From a virus: a stretch of 64,000 nt of DNA. Position numbers and translations under genes: made by a program. How positions within the stretch are numbered: position 1 is the first letter of the stretch; each line of letters begins with the position of its first letter. This document shows positions 28,237 to 39,600 of the stretch, one piece after another. The DNA is taken from positions 15,884-79,883 of IMG/VR virus record IMGVR_UViG_3300002925_000021; one strand, given 5' to 3'. The notes under the pieces are model-generated. The model worked only from the letters and a program-made list of their open reading frames with translations. It was not told the DNA's origin and did not search any database.

Positions 28237-29715
28237 TTAGACTGACCGAGATGGACGGAACTCTACTTCAGAGTCTCCTATAGCCTTCTTGTTTTTTAAC
28301 TCACGCCACGTTCTAGCAGCAATGTTCTTGCCTTCCTCCTCCACTCTCATCTGTTCCGCTGTCACATTCTTGACTTCTTCTTCGGAAAGCATAGAAATCC
28401 TAGACCGGGCTGTATCAATCTTTACCTTGAAGTTTATGCCATCGATGCCATTTCGGTTCTTGGCAATGAATAAAGTCCCATACCCTGTGGATTTTTGATT
28501 CTCTGGACGACCTAGACCAACTACAAAGTCGCAAATATGCGCTTGGGCATAACTTTCTGCCATGTTCGACAAGGTAATAATATCCGAGTCAGCACCTTCC
28601 TTGTTGGACTGAGAAGCAGTCCATATTGGAAGATCCAGTTCGGATGCCAAGGAACGAAGCTCCTCAAAAATCTTCTTCAACTCCAACCGAGGAAGTTCGT
28701 ACTTCTCGGTTGAACGCATAATCTGTGCATAATCCACAACCAAAAGGTCGGGGCGAAAATTATCCAATGCAAGTTTATCGATGAACTGCCGGACAGTGTT
28801 CACCGTTGCTGTCCCGGTTGGGAAATACTTGATCCGAAGCTTTCCAAGCCGTCCAGCGTTTGCAGTATAGAATTCCTTGATTTGTTCCTTGCGGTCTATG
28901 CACTCCAGGGAGTCAATGCCCAGGAGATGAGAATCATATCGGACCCCAACAGCCCTTTCATGAAGTTCAAAGGTGAAGTGAAGAACATTCTTACCTTGAA
29001 GGAGAGCCTGGGCTCCAACATGGACCAAGAAATGGCTCTTCCCTACGCCTGTTGGGGCGATCACTGCACTGAGTTCGCCGGATCCGACTCCACCATTCAG
29101 GATTTTCCGGGAATCCAAAGAGTTTCCATCAGTGATGTTCCAGTGTTCATCACGGACGCAAATGTTTGTGTGGATGGTGTTCCGGTAGGTCTCAGAGTAC
29201 CTTGCATCAATATCATCCAGAGAAAGCCCTGGAGACTGGGCTTGACCCGCTGAGATTGCCTTCTTGATGATTTCTACGGCACGGTCGTACTGATCCTCGG
29301 ATTGTGCAATCTCCACACAATCCATAATCGCTTTCTTAAAGCCTTGTTGACGACAGAAAGACAAAGCTTGGTTCTTGACATGAACCAAGTCTCCCAAGTC
29401 CTTTCTCAGTTTGGTGTTCTTCAGAACTTCAACCATCTGATCAAACAAGGCTTTATCGAGCGTGTTGGCTTCCTTGCCTTCACGCACATAGCTGATCATC
29501 AGGTCGACCGACGGAAATTCCTTGTATTGACGGTAATACCCCATGTACTTGTCCGTCATTTGGCGAAGATAGGCATACTCAAAGTAGTTCACATCCATCA
29601 CTTCAGCCATCTGAGCTGCCCATTGCCGGTCGGTCAATAGAGCCTGGACAATCTTCTCTTGGAAGATACGGTCAAAGGTAAATGACTTCTTACCGCCTTC
29701 ACTCGTCGTGGACAT
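28237..29715 (-). CDS. DnaB-like replicative helicase
   Basis: APTGVGKS Walker A, VVDYA, WTASQ, KNRNG. Confidence 0.92.
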   Translation of the reverse strand: MSTTSEGGKKSFTFDRIFQEKIVQALLTDRQWAAQMAEVMDVNYFEYAYLRQMTDKYMGYYRQYKEFPSVDLMISYVREGKEANTLDKALFDQMVEVLKNTKLRKDLGDLVHVKNQALSFCRQQGFKKAIMDCVEIAQSEDQYDRAVEIIKKAISAGQAQSPGLSLDDIDARYSETYRNTIHTNICVRDEHWNITDGNSLDSRKILNGGVGSGELSAVIAPTGVGKSHFLVHVGAQALLQGKNVLHFTFELHERAVGVRYDSHLLGIDSLECIDRKEQIKEFYTANAGRLGKLRIKYFPTGTATVNTVRQFIDKLALDNFRPDLLVVDYAQIMRSTEKYELPRLELKKIFEELRSLASELDLPIWTASQSNKEGADSDIITLSNMAESYAQAHICDFVVGLGRPENQKSTGYGTLFIAKNRNGIDGINFKVKIDTARSRISMLSEEEVKNVTAEQMRVEEEGKNIAARTWRELKNKKAIGDSEVEFRPSRSV

Positions 29716-29915
29716 TCATCAATCTCCGTGGGTGTGTCCTTCCGTCTCTCGCAAGGGGAAGGTCAGATATACAACGGCTTCAGTATCTTTCTTACCTTTT
29801 TCGGCGACTCTCCGATAAGCGAGCATCAAGGAAAAGCGGCTTCATCATCTAGACCAAGGTAAGTTTTAAGTAAGCCATACCAGTTCGTTCTTCTTTTCAG
29901 CCAATTCGTTTTCGT

Positions 29916-30950
29916 TCAGGGCCGAAGTAGGCAAAGTTGCATCTGGTAAGCAATAGCATCAAAATCCAAAGAACTTACGATCCCAGATCCCAGAAGCGAC
30001 TTAATCAGTCCAAGCTTGTCAAGCTTCGGTTGGAAGTTATCCACAGCACCCTCAATCTTGGTGATTTGGTTGTAAGCCAAAGTTGAAGTGCTCAGATACA
30101 TAAGCTGCCAGTTTCTTCGAATGATCCCTTCACACTGGGAAACAGCGGAATAGACTTTCAAAGGTTTCTTGTCGGTCTTCAAGTGTTCATTAGCGACCTC
30201 CAACAGCTTATCAATGGTATGATCCTCCCCCGGTTCCAGAAGGCTCGGAAAGAGCTTTAGAACGGTTTTGAAGCCTAGTCCTGGAACACCTGGGATGTTG
30301 TCTGAATCGTCTCCGGTAAGCGTCCTCACCAAAGCATAATTTCGAGCAGGGATTTCTACATATTCATCCTTGCCGACCCTGACCTTGACGATAGGTCCAT
30401 CATGGAAGGCCTTATCCGCTGGATTGTACAGTTTCACATTGGGTTCATCAAGCAGTTGATAGAAGTCCCTATCCGAAGAGACAATGATCTTCATGGCATT
30501 ATTGCCTTTGAACTTGTCTCGGATGAGAAAGTTGATTACATCATCGCATTCGGTTTCAGCTACATAAAGCTGACATACTGGGAGATGCTTCAAGGCTTCA
30601 ACAAGCGTCTTGGTCTGGAGAAGTCGGTTCTCTGTATCTTCTTTAAGCCACTTCTTGGTCGGCTTAGCTCCAGGAGGGAGATGCATAGCCTTGAAGTCAG
30701 ACTTCACCTTGGCTCGATTGGCTTTGTACTCAGGGAATAGCTTTCTTCGACGAGGACAGCCCCCACCTTGTTCCCAGACCACGTATATCTTAGCAGGAGC
30801 AAACTGACAGGTCAGCCCGTAGAGCGCTTTGATAAAGCCCACAACGCCACCACAAGGTTCCCCTGTAGTGGTCACCGATTCGTTGACGGCAAAGTGCCTG
30901 ATGAACAAATTCATTGAATCAATGATCAGAATTGGCCTTTCGTTCATCAA
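29916..30950 (-). CDS. 5'-3' exonuclease / T4 RNase H-like (FEN family)
   Basis: IIDSMN, EYKANR, ECDDVI, SSDRDFYQL, GDDSDNIPGVPG.G.KT. Confidence 0.92.
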   Translation of the reverse strand: MMNERPILIIDSMNLFIRHFAVNESVTTTGEPCGGVVGFIKALYGLTCQFAPAKIYVVWEQGGGCPRRRKLFPEYKANRAKVKSDFKAMHLPPGAKPTKKWLKEDTENRLLQTKTLVEALKHLPVCQLYVAETECDDVINFLIRDKFKGNNAMKIIVSSDRDFYQLLDEPNVKLYNPADKAFHDGPIVKVRVGKDEYVEIPARNYALVRTLTGDDSDNIPGVPGLGFKTVLKLFPSLLEPGEDHTIDKLLEVANEHLKTDKKPLKVYSAVSQCEGIIRRNWQLMYLSTSTLAYNQITKIEGAVDNFQPKLDKLGLIKSLLGSGIVSSLDFDAIAYQMQLCLLRP

Positions 30951-31040
30951 TTTGCCCTCTTCGCAAGTGTAACACCTTTGCGATGATAAGCATCACATAG
31001 TGTTCTGCCGTTCGCCAGTCCTTATAGATCAATGCATTTC
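30947..31040 (-). pseudogene. Possible HNH endonuclease remnant
   Basis: KCIDL*GLANGRTLCDAYHRK resembles the N-G-x-T-L-C-x-x-C-H end of HNH domains. Confidence 0.35.
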
Positions 31041-31177
31041 AGAGATTGTTCCTAATTCACCTTGTCTTATTTGAATATTGGGGCAATATCCTTGGCCATC
31101 CAAGCTCTTCTTCTGAGAAGAATGACCTTGGCAATAACTATGATCGGATAGGCACGGTTTACCCTAACTGATACTGA

Positions 31178-31669
31178 TCAGTGCCCAGTAGAACCAAAAC
31201 CGCTAATTCCCCTGACGGTTTCGGTTACTTCCTCCGACTCAACCATGTTCACATCTGTGGCAATCAGACGTACCAAGAGTTGAGCGATCCGGTCACCAAC
31301 CTTGAATTTTACCGGTTCAATGTTGTTCATAGATCCCTGTGGATTCAATTCCACAGGATGCCAAGGGTTTCCATTGTGCAAAATCACTTTAATCTCGCCA
31401 CGGTAGGTAGCATCAATAATACCTCCGAGGGGGAAAATGCCCTTGCTTGCTAGCCCAGAGCGTCCTTCTATTTGAAGAAAGACACCAGGACCGTTCTTGC
31501 CCATGGTGGTAGGCATATCAGCCAATTGAAGCCCAGTGCTGACCAGCCTTGTCTCGCCCGGGCGAAGGTCAAAGTCTTCCGCACTGTAAATGTCAAAAGC
31601 TGCATCTCCAGGCTTGCCTCGAACAGGGAGCTTGGCTTCAGGGATCAGTTTCTTGAACTTGATTTGCAT
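31178..31669 (-). CDS. dut: dUTPase
   Basis: AAFDI, GRSGLA, GIIDATYRGEI, GDRIAQL, RG.SGFGSTG. Confidence 0.96.
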   Translation of the reverse strand: MQIKFKKLIPEAKLPVRGKPGDAAFDIYSAEDFDLRPGETRLVSTGLQLADMPTTMGKNGPGVFLQIEGRSGLASKGIFPLGGIIDATYRGEIKVILHNGNPWHPVELNPQGSMNNIEPVKFKVGDRIAQLLVRLIATDVNMVESEEVTETVRGISGFGSTGH

Positions 31670-32907
31670 TAGCCGGAATTCTCCTGTTTCCGCATTTCTT
31701 CCAAGGAACTAGCATCGGCACCCTTGTAGGAAGCATGGTCGGTATCGTCATTCCCCATGATCATGGCCTCATCCAGAAGGTCTGCAATGTAGCCCTGGTA
31801 CTGTGGAACGGAAAGAACCTTAGCACGGAAGTCCGACTTGTTAAACTTCACTTCGTGAAGTACCTCTCCCGTGGCATCATCAGTTACAGAGAAGGTCTTC
31901 CAAGCGCCAGTGCCTTCGATCACGAGACGCTTTCCGCCTACTATTACAGGCCCTTTGGTGTCACAGTAAGCCCGGAGAACATCAAAGGTTTGCTCGTCAT
32001 CCACAACACCCTTCCCGAAGATGATAGACAGTTCGGCAGAACGGAAAGGCTTGGCGACCTTGTTTTTGATGCACTTGACTTCCACGTTAATTCCCACAAC
32101 TCGATCCTTCTCGGCCTTGATAGGCTGACCGGTCATCACACGAAGACGGACAGAGGAGGCATAGGGAATGGCAGCTCCACCCGGGGTTGTGGTTGGATCC
32201 CCATACATTACCCCAATCTTCATCCGCTGCTGATTAATCAGCAACAGGATAACTTTTTCATTGGCGATAATGTTGCTGATTTTTCTCATGCCCTTCGAGA
32301 GAACACGAGCCTGGAGACCGATTGAGTTGTCTTCATAGTTCCCTTCAAGTTCTGCCTTTGGCGAGCAGGCAGCAACGGAGTCCCAGATAATTACCATAGG
32401 CACGTCTTTGCCCTGGGCATTGTTCATGGCACGACACTTCAAAATGGCCGTCTCAGCCCACTTGAAGACTTCCTCGGTGCAGTTGGTCTGAATGAACACG
32501 AAATTCTTCTTGACATCCAAACCAAGATTTTTGAGGTTCTCAGGGGAGGTTGCGTTCTCAGTGTCAATGTACACAGCAACGCCACCCATCGCCTGAACAG
32601 ACTTGGCTGCTTCAAAGGCAAGGTGAGACTTCCCGCAGGAAGGAGGGCCCTGAATTTCAATGATTCTCCCTTCAGGGAAGCCACCTCCCCTGCGGTTGCT
32701 AATCACGTAATCCAAAAGCTTGGACCCGGTGGATACCCATCGTTTAACGGTTGTAGGAGCATCATCATCCCCCAGATTGAACGCTACTTTCTCGCCAGCC
32801 TCTCGATTGAGTTGCTTGATGAGCTCAGCGGCGTAATCCTCGGCATTGTCAGTAGCAGAGGGAATTGAAGCATCAGACTGCTTTACGTTTTGTTTCTTTG
32901 GCGGCAT
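31669..32907 (-). CDS. recA: RecA/UvsX recombinase
   Basis: GPPSCGKS, YIDTE, IWDSVAA, LQARVLSKGMR, INQQR, TPGG.A. Confidence 0.93.
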   Translation of the reverse strand: MPPKKQNVKQSDASIPSATDNAEDYAAELIKQLNREAGEKVAFNLGDDDAPTTVKRWVSTGSKLLDYVISNRRGGGFPEGRIIEIQGPPSCGKSHLAFEAAKSVQAMGGVAVYIDTENATSPENLKNLGLDVKKNFVFIQTNCTEEVFKWAETAILKCRAMNNAQGKDVPMVIIWDSVAACSPKAELEGNYEDNSIGLQARVLSKGMRKISNIIANEKVILLLINQQRMKIGVMYGDPTTTPGGAAIPYASSVRLRVMTGQPIKAEKDRVVGINVEVKCIKNKVAKPFRSAELSIIFGKGVVDDEQTFDVLRAYCDTKGPVIVGGKRLVIEGTGAWKTFSVTDDATGEVLHEVKFNKSDFRAKVLSVPQYQGYIADLLDEAMIMGNDDTDHASYKGADASSLEEMRKQENSG

Positions 32908-32947
32908 GGGCTTCCTTTTTGGCTATCCCCTGGAAGGGGAGTTTCCC

Positions 32948-33415
32948 TCAGACAGGGTTAAATGAATTATCGTTCTGTGGTTCGTCATCGTCATCAAGTT
33001 CTTTGATAAGACAGACTCCAATGGTAGAACCACATTTCTGAAATCTCCATAATCCACTAATGACACCCTTATGGAAGTAAGAATTCTTAAAGACCCTCTC
33101 AAATTCCTTGGGGAGCATAATGTAGTGTTCGCCTGTTTCTAGGGACTTGAACTCAAAATTCACTGCCGAACGACCAAGGTAGAGTCCAGTAAACTTCAAG
33201 GAGGCTTTAAAAATATAATCCGATGGATTAATGTTCTCAAATTCGTCAGCCTTCACTTTTGGTAGGACTTTCACATGCTTATTGGCGATTGGATCCCACC
33301 GCATCTCGGGTTCTAAATGGCCCTCCAAGTAGAAGGTAATCCAACCTTCTTTCTTATGTCTCCAAATGCTCCAAGAAGGCCTCTTTGGTCGCTTAGGAGT
33401 AAACGAATTGTTCAT
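32948..33415 (-). CDS. Hypothetical protein
   Basis: 155 aa ORF in the replication block. Confidence 0.65.
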   Translation of the reverse strand: MNNSFTPKRPKRPSWSIWRHKKEGWITFYLEGHLEPEMRWDPIANKHVKVLPKVKADEFENINPSDYIFKASLKFTGLYLGRSAVNFEFKSLETGEHYIMLPKEFERVFKNSYFHKGVISGLWRFQKCGSTIGVCLIKELDDDDEPQNDNSFNPV

Positions 33416-33546
33416 TATCCAACCGCGCGCTTTCTTCTCTTTATTTCGCAGAGAAGTTCGATTAAAGTGGATTCCCCCCCATCCTCCTCTTTGGGCCTTT
33501 TTCTAAGCCAAGGGATAACTTCTACTTGGCTTTAGAAGGAATCAGA

Positions 33547-34380
33547 TCACAGTCCTTCAAATTGTTCTTCCACGGACTTGATTGCAGCGGGATCACTGAC
33601 ACCGTGGGACAAACCAATTTCGTCACCGTCGGAATCCTTCTTGGCACCGGCCGAAAGGTAGGACTCCAAAATGCCCTCTAGTTCGTCACGGCTTTTCACC
33701 TGTTTGGTGAAGAACTCCTGAAGATTCGGGATGCTGTCAATCAACTTCTGAACCTCTTCAGGCGAAGCAGCCAGTTTAGACGGCTTGGTCCGAGCAATGA
33801 TTTTCACATCATTAACCGGGAAAGTCTTGCCCGTCTCTGGCTGGGTAAACGTCTTGCCAGATGGACTGACAGTAACCTGAAAGTCATATCCCTTCTCTGG
33901 GCTGGTGACATCCTCATCGTGGTAGTCAGGACTCACCAAGATGCTGTAGATCTCCTTGCAGATCGTAGGAGAAATTTCCCAAATCTGCACACCCTTTGAT
34001 GCCTCCTCGCGGACCAACACCGGAGCAAAGTAGCGCGGCTTGGACAAAAGCCCTCTGATAACGGGCCAGGTGTTCTTGTCAGACCGCTGCTTCCGCAGTT
34101 CTGTCACGAGATCCGCAATCGGATCGGGCAGACCAAACTGTGCTGGTGCCACCAGCCGGAACGGCGAAAGAGACCTGTTGTCATAGTAAGCAACCTCTTG
34201 AAAGGGCTGTCCGTTCTGATCTTGATACGGTAGGAAACGTACGTTGTAAGTACGGGGACGACCATCTTCGGTCAGTGTAGGCTTCCACTGAGAGAACGGA
34301 GGCCCCTTTTTTGTCAAAGCCCTCTTTTCGCCACTCATGACTGCAAAACGATCCTGGACACTCTTGATGTTGTATGCCAT
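33547..34380 (-). CDS. Single-stranded DNA-binding protein (T4 gp32-like)
   Basis: W.P......VRFLP, DPI, RYFAPVLVR, G.D..V, acidic C-tail. Confidence 0.8.
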   Translation of the reverse strand: MAYNIKSVQDRFAVMSGEKRALTKKGPPFSQWKPTLTEDGRPRTYNVRFLPYQDQNGQPFQEVAYYDNRSLSPFRLVAPAQFGLPDPIADLVTELRKQRSDKNTWPVIRGLLSKPRYFAPVLVREEASKGVQIWEISPTICKEIYSILVSPDYHDEDVTSPEKGYDFQVTVSPSGKTFTQPETGKTFPVNDVKIIARTKPSKLAASPEEVQKLIDSIPNLQEFFTKQVKSRDELEGILESYLSAGAKKDSDGDEIGLSHGVSDPAAIKSVEEQFEGL

Positions 34381-34582
34381 TTTATTTTCCTTTGGGTTTC
34401 TTTTGGGTTTTCTTGGGGTTAAGCTTCTTGGTTTGACTTTGGGACAGCACTATCGCTGTCTCAGTAAGTATAGACCTAGAAGCGATTGTGATTCTAAGGA
34501 AATTGCATCTAATATCCTAATACTTTCGCGCACTTAGAAAGTGCTGAAATGGTGTGGAACGTGTGCATGCGCTTGCAAGTTC

Positions 34583-35206
34583 CTACCCCAGCAGGGAAGT
34601 TTTCCCACGGTTCCGTAGAACGGTTGTACGAACGGCTTGCTGAAGTACCACGGCAAGCATGGGTTCGTTGTTGACTGGAATGGCTTCCTCACCGGGTCGC
34701 AAACGATCTCGGATGCTAGAGATAGCATAGTGTTCGTTCTCTGTCAACTGGACTCCGAAGCTTTGGAGCAGGAAAAGAGAACGCAGGGAAACCGGGATGC
34801 TTACGAGGTTTGGATTGATCTCGTACATGATTCCCTGTTTGTTATGCCACTCTGAGTTCTTGGGCAGATAGTAGTCCTGCCTGCCGTTCCCGACCTTGCC
34901 GATATCATGGAAAAGACCAGTGATAACAAGCTCTTCAGACTGAAGATTTGCTTCATAGGCTTTGTTGAGCACAACCATGGTCTTGAGAACTCCAAGAGAG
35001 TGTTCTACCAGCCCTCCAGGGTACGCTCCCTGGTATTCGGTACGGGTAGAAGCGGGGGCCAAAACGAGTGATTCTTCCACTTTGTCTACGAGAACAAGAA
35101 GTTGCTTGGCACGATTGCTAGGGCCAGTCACTTTGTCTCGGATCAACCGTTTGAAGGTCTCGACGTTATCAATGGCCTTCTGAAGTTCGGGGCTAATCTT
35201 TGCCAT
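34583..35206 (-). CDS. HD-domain phosphohydrolase
   Basis: APAS...GGLVEHS and FHDIGK motifs. Confidence 0.8.
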   Translation of the reverse strand: MAKISPELQKAIDNVETFKRLIRDKVTGPSNRAKQLLVLVDKVEESLVLAPASTRTEYQGAYPGGLVEHSLGVLKTMVVLNKAYEANLQSEELVITGLFHDIGKVGNGRQDYYLPKNSEWHNKQGIMYEINPNLVSIPVSLRSLFLLQSFGVQLTENEHYAISSIRDRLRPGEEAIPVNNEPMLAVVLQQAVRTTVLRNRGKTSLLG

Positions 35207-35256
35207 GTATGTACTCTACAACACGGATGGAGAGGGTTGAACGTAATTGCAACTGT

Positions 35257-36573
35257 TCAAAAGCGCGAAGCCCTTAGAGGGAAACGTGTTTCCGAAGAGA
35301 AAAGAGGTATGTCTTTAGAACCAATGTTGCACAGCGTATCCAACATCGGCAAAAGATCCTTGTGGATATCCAAGATCAAGGCATCGTGAAGGATAAACAA
35401 AGGTACTACCCCATCATTCCCTTGGATATGTTGAAGGATATTCCAGAAACCATACATGACCACATCCACAGCCGTGCTCTGAATGTAGTAGTTCAAAAGC
35501 ATGTAGGTGTTAACTCCTTGGGTGTCAACTTTTCTGCCATAATAACTGTATATAAACCTTCGATTGTTTGCCTCGTATTCTTCCAAAATACGACCACGAA
35601 GAAGAGGCAAGGAAAAGAATTCAGAAATCGCTTCCACAAGGTCCATGGCATTTGGAACCCCTTCTAGCTTGGTCATCAAAGTTTCATAGCTGGCCCCGTA
35701 AAGCTGACTCAACAGCACCTCTTTCACCAATTCCCTCGAAATCCCCCTCATCCCCATTTCACGGATCACAACAGAATACAAATCCTTTTCCTTTGCAATG
35801 CCCTCCAAGGGTGGAGGATAACCAAGAAGAGGGGGGGGGGAAGGAAAATAAGAAATAGAAGAAGAAATAGAAGTAGTAGTAATAGTTCTAGTTAAATTAG
35901 AAAGTAATAGAACTAGCCTTGGTTCCAAAGAGGAATAATCCAGGGACATTACTTGCCCTTCAAATCCAAATCTAGAACCAAGAATATTCCTTTGTTCCTT
36001 CGGCAACAAGAGAATGTTTGGTCCTTCTAGGGTCTTAAGCCTTCCCGTCCTTGTATCGCATCTGGAATATACCACCTTCCCTGCATATCCTTCATCATCT
36101 GGCTTAAAAGTTGCAAGCACATGAGGATTTGTTAATTCCTTGTTGGAAGAGTGAACCATCCAGGCTCTTGGGTCAATCTTGGCTCGCTGGAGACAAGGGA
36201 AAACCATATTCCCACGTTTGTAATGGGTAAGGTAATAAGTCAGGTCCAGGTTCCCAAAATGTTCCACAAGTTCCTTCCCAAGTGCCTTCAGGGCTTCCGT
36301 AAAAGCCTTTGGGGGCATCGCAAGGCTCCAAGGCACCTGAGATACGTCCAGGCTTCCCAAAGCCGTTTGAAGGGCCTTTACGTGGCTTGGCGGTGGGAAA
36401 GAGGGAAGGGGTAAGGAATAGAGCTTTGAGATCTCCTGGAAGGATGGGGAACCGTAGACGAGTGTGGCATTATCTGGGAGGACTTCGCCGACTTTTCGGA
36501 GTTCACCTGAAGGGAGGCAGAGAAGGTGCTGTTTGAAGCCAAGGAAATGCTTATGGATGTAGATGTCCACCAT
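35257..36573 (-). CDS. Minimal family A DNA polymerase (no exonuclease domain)
   Basis: TGRL, motif A DYSSLEPR, motif B R...K...LYG, NYYIQS, motif C LHDAL. Confidence 0.85.
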   Translation of the reverse strand: MVDIYIHKHFLGFKQHLLCLPSGELRKVGEVLPDNATLVYGSPSFQEISKLYSLPLPSFPPPSHVKALQTALGSLDVSQVPWSLAMPPKAFTEALKALGKELVEHFGNLDLTYYLTHYKRGNMVFPCLQRAKIDPRAWMVHSSNKELTNPHVLATFKPDDEGYAGKVVYSRCDTRTGRLKTLEGPNILLLPKEQRNILGSRFGFEGQVMSLDYSSLEPRLVLLLSNLTRTITTTSISSSISYFPSPPPLLGYPPPLEGIAKEKDLYSVVIREMGMRGISRELVKEVLLSQLYGASYETLMTKLEGVPNAMDLVEAISEFFSLPLLRGRILEEYEANNRRFIYSYYGRKVDTQGVNTYMLLNYYIQSTAVDVVMYGFWNILQHIQGNDGVVPLFILHDALILDIHKDLLPMLDTLCNIGSKDIPLFSSETRFPLRASRF

Positions 36574-36674
36574 GCTGTGATGGTGAACATTATGGGTGGG
36601 GTTGTCAATCTTTCAAGGTTGAAGTATTGGGGTTTCTAGGGTAGGGGAAGAGTGGTTGCATGTGCCGTTTTGGG

Positions 36675-39600
36675 CTATTGAGTATTTCTTTGTCTCTGTC
36701 GTTCAAATTCATTCAACATAACCTGGGCATCTCGGATGGTGTTGATAAGGGATCTATAGCGTCCCCAGCCGTCATATGGGGAAAACTTGATATCGGTTGT
36801 AAACGAACCCATTTCAAGCTTATGGGATAGGCCGGTGACGAAGTAATAGTTGTCAATTGTTGTACCGGTACCAAAGTCCACGAAGAATTTGCTGCCATAC
36901 TCCAGGAGGGGGCAGCCAAGGCAAGCAACATTTAGGTCGCATGGGATGACCTGAAGAGGCAGGCCACCAGGAGACTCTCCATTGGGTTCTAGGGGATCTT
37001 CGTGGAAGGAGCGCAAGAGGTTGACGGTGGAAAGCTGGGCGTCTTGTTGAGTAGAGAGGGCTGCTGTTTTTACCATTGTTCCTTGGGAACCTACAATGAT
37101 ATAGGGGCTTGTCTTCATCATGAATTCTCGTAACCGTTGAGGACCGCCATTGATTCGGTACAATGGCGGGTTTGAGTCTTGGATCTGTTCAATCAACTGA
37201 GCGTTTCGAGCAGCTTGGATAATGGAAGACGCGACCTCTGCTTGGGATTGGACAACACCTTGATTTCCACCCTCAATGGGTGGAACAGGCTGAATGGTTC
37301 GGAGTTCTTCATCCCGATTTGCTTCTAAGAGAGCGGCTTGGGAGTCATAAGAGGTAGTGTTTCGGTCAAAAATGTGAATTCGAAGAATTGATATAACAGA
37401 TGCTCCATCCGCATTCTCTCCTTCAGGGACGGCGGATTTGCTTCTTGGAATACACTCAATGTAGTAATCAAGTTGCGGTAACCGAAATGTTCCATCGGGT
37501 GTAACTGTCCGCAGGAGATTCTCTATTCTTGTTTGAAGCGCCAAAGAGTCTTGGGCTGTAGACTCTGCTGTGCCAACTCCAAGCTGGTTGTCAGTAGGGG
37601 TTCTCCACCAACTTCTTCCATTTCCACCTTGACTTCGGAGTCCATAGGCAGCGGCAGCAGGGTCTTCGACTATGGTGTGGGCCAGGAAGTTGAGGAAATC
37701 CTGGAGGGACATATCTGCTGCTCTTGCAGAGCTTTCCATACGGTACCGAGTGTATTCCCGGAGGAAGAAGCGGGTATCAACAGGGAAATTAGCAATGTTC
37801 AGGCTTCTGGCAAATCCAGCATAAACATTAAATGGATAGAAGATGAGCTGGATGTCATCGAATTTGTGGGTCATGGCAAGAGGTTGGCCTACGAAAGCCA
37901 TAAGGATAGAACCCAGGGTAATGGATGGCCTAACTTGAAGTCGCGATAGAATTTGGTCCGCTTCATTGATTTCTCTTTGAACGGATCCGTTGTAAGTGAT
38001 GTACCTTCTACCAGCCGCCCTACCTTCTGGAGTGTTTGCTGTTGGGGAAGCAGCAAAAGGGTCCACTCCACCCTGGGAAAGTCTTTGTAGCTTTCTGGCG
38101 ATGTTGTTCTGAATAGTGGACCGAAGGTCGTTAACCCGACCCCGACTACCATTTGAACCGTAAAGGTCGTTCAGGGCTGTTAAAAGGCCCTGAACGCTTG
38201 GATTGTGAGAACTGCGAAGAGCAGATCGAAAATTCCTCAATTCTGTCTTCATCTCATTGGTCAACAAAAGCTGACCATTGGAATCCCCCGCTGCATCCAA
38301 AACCTGAATACCGCGAACTTCCCGAGTCCCAAGAGCATTGTTCTGAAAGAGTCTTCTTCTGAGCTCCCCAATCTGCGTTGAAATGTCTCGTACAGTTCGT
38401 ACAATGTCGCTAACGCCTGTTTCGTCAGAAGAGATGGTTTCAGTTCGGAAGTCATTAGCCCCTTTCATCGCCAGTGAAAGAGAAATGTTCACTTGCCCAG
38501 ATTCATCAAAATTCATGGAAACATTGATAATTCCATACTTCTCTCGGCATCTCATCCCATTCAGAAGGTCTGCATAGGCATTCCCAGCGGAAGGAGGGTC
38601 GGGATGACTCCAACCATACTCAATTAGGATTTCAGTATTGCTGTAGAGGTCGGGGCGGATAAAGTCTGCAACCTCTGCAATCCTGGTACGGTCATGGAGG
38701 ACAAAGTCCATCTTGGCTGTCTTAAAACACATGAATCCAGTTGTCGGAACAACGTCAATGTTCAGACTCTTGAATGTCATGAAAGGCCGAAACTTGTCGA
38801 GAACCGGAGAAGTCCTCCTAGAATTTCCTTGACCACCAGCCATAGCATTAGCACTTTGTTGCCTATCTTCATTGGCATTGACTAAGGTCTGCGGTGACGT
38901 GAAAATTTCCATTCCAGTCAAGGTGAACTCTTGCTGATCACCATTGAAAGTAGACCCTGAAAGGTGGTTGGCATCCAGCATCAACCTTCTAGTGCCGTCC
39001 GCAGCGATCTCGGCACCATCCAAAAACTGGATGAGCCCTGGGGCCTGGATTCTGTTGGCTTGGTTGGTTGGTGGACGACTAAACTGGAATAGAACTTCCA
39101 GGTATGGGACGCATCGTGAAATCTCGATGGACGGAAGGCTATTCATGAAGATGGTCACGGCATTGATGTTCTTGTGAATGGGGAGAACCCTCACCGAATT
39201 CATCATGATCCCAGACAATGATGGTGCCGTGTCTCTGTTTGGGTTAGCAAGGTTCGCATTGATGGTGGTGACGCCAAGAATGTGCTGGATGGAATCCTGG
39301 GAACGGTTCGTTGAACCCTTTATTACTCCAGAGTTCCGAGAGGGGTTGCTGTTGCCATTATCATCCCCAGGACCATAGACAATCTTCACAATCCGGTTAA
39401 CAGCCGCAACAAGGTCCGTATCTCCTGTCAGAGAACTGTTGGTATCACTCAGAATTTGGTTGATGCCGTTTACAATGTCATTGGACGTATAGCCGCCAGT
39501 GGAAGTGTCAATCAGCAATTCGATGAGCTTAGTCTCATGAGCAGGAACAGCAGGTAGATCAAAGGAAGAACTGGAATCCTGACCTTGGATTTGAGACAAA

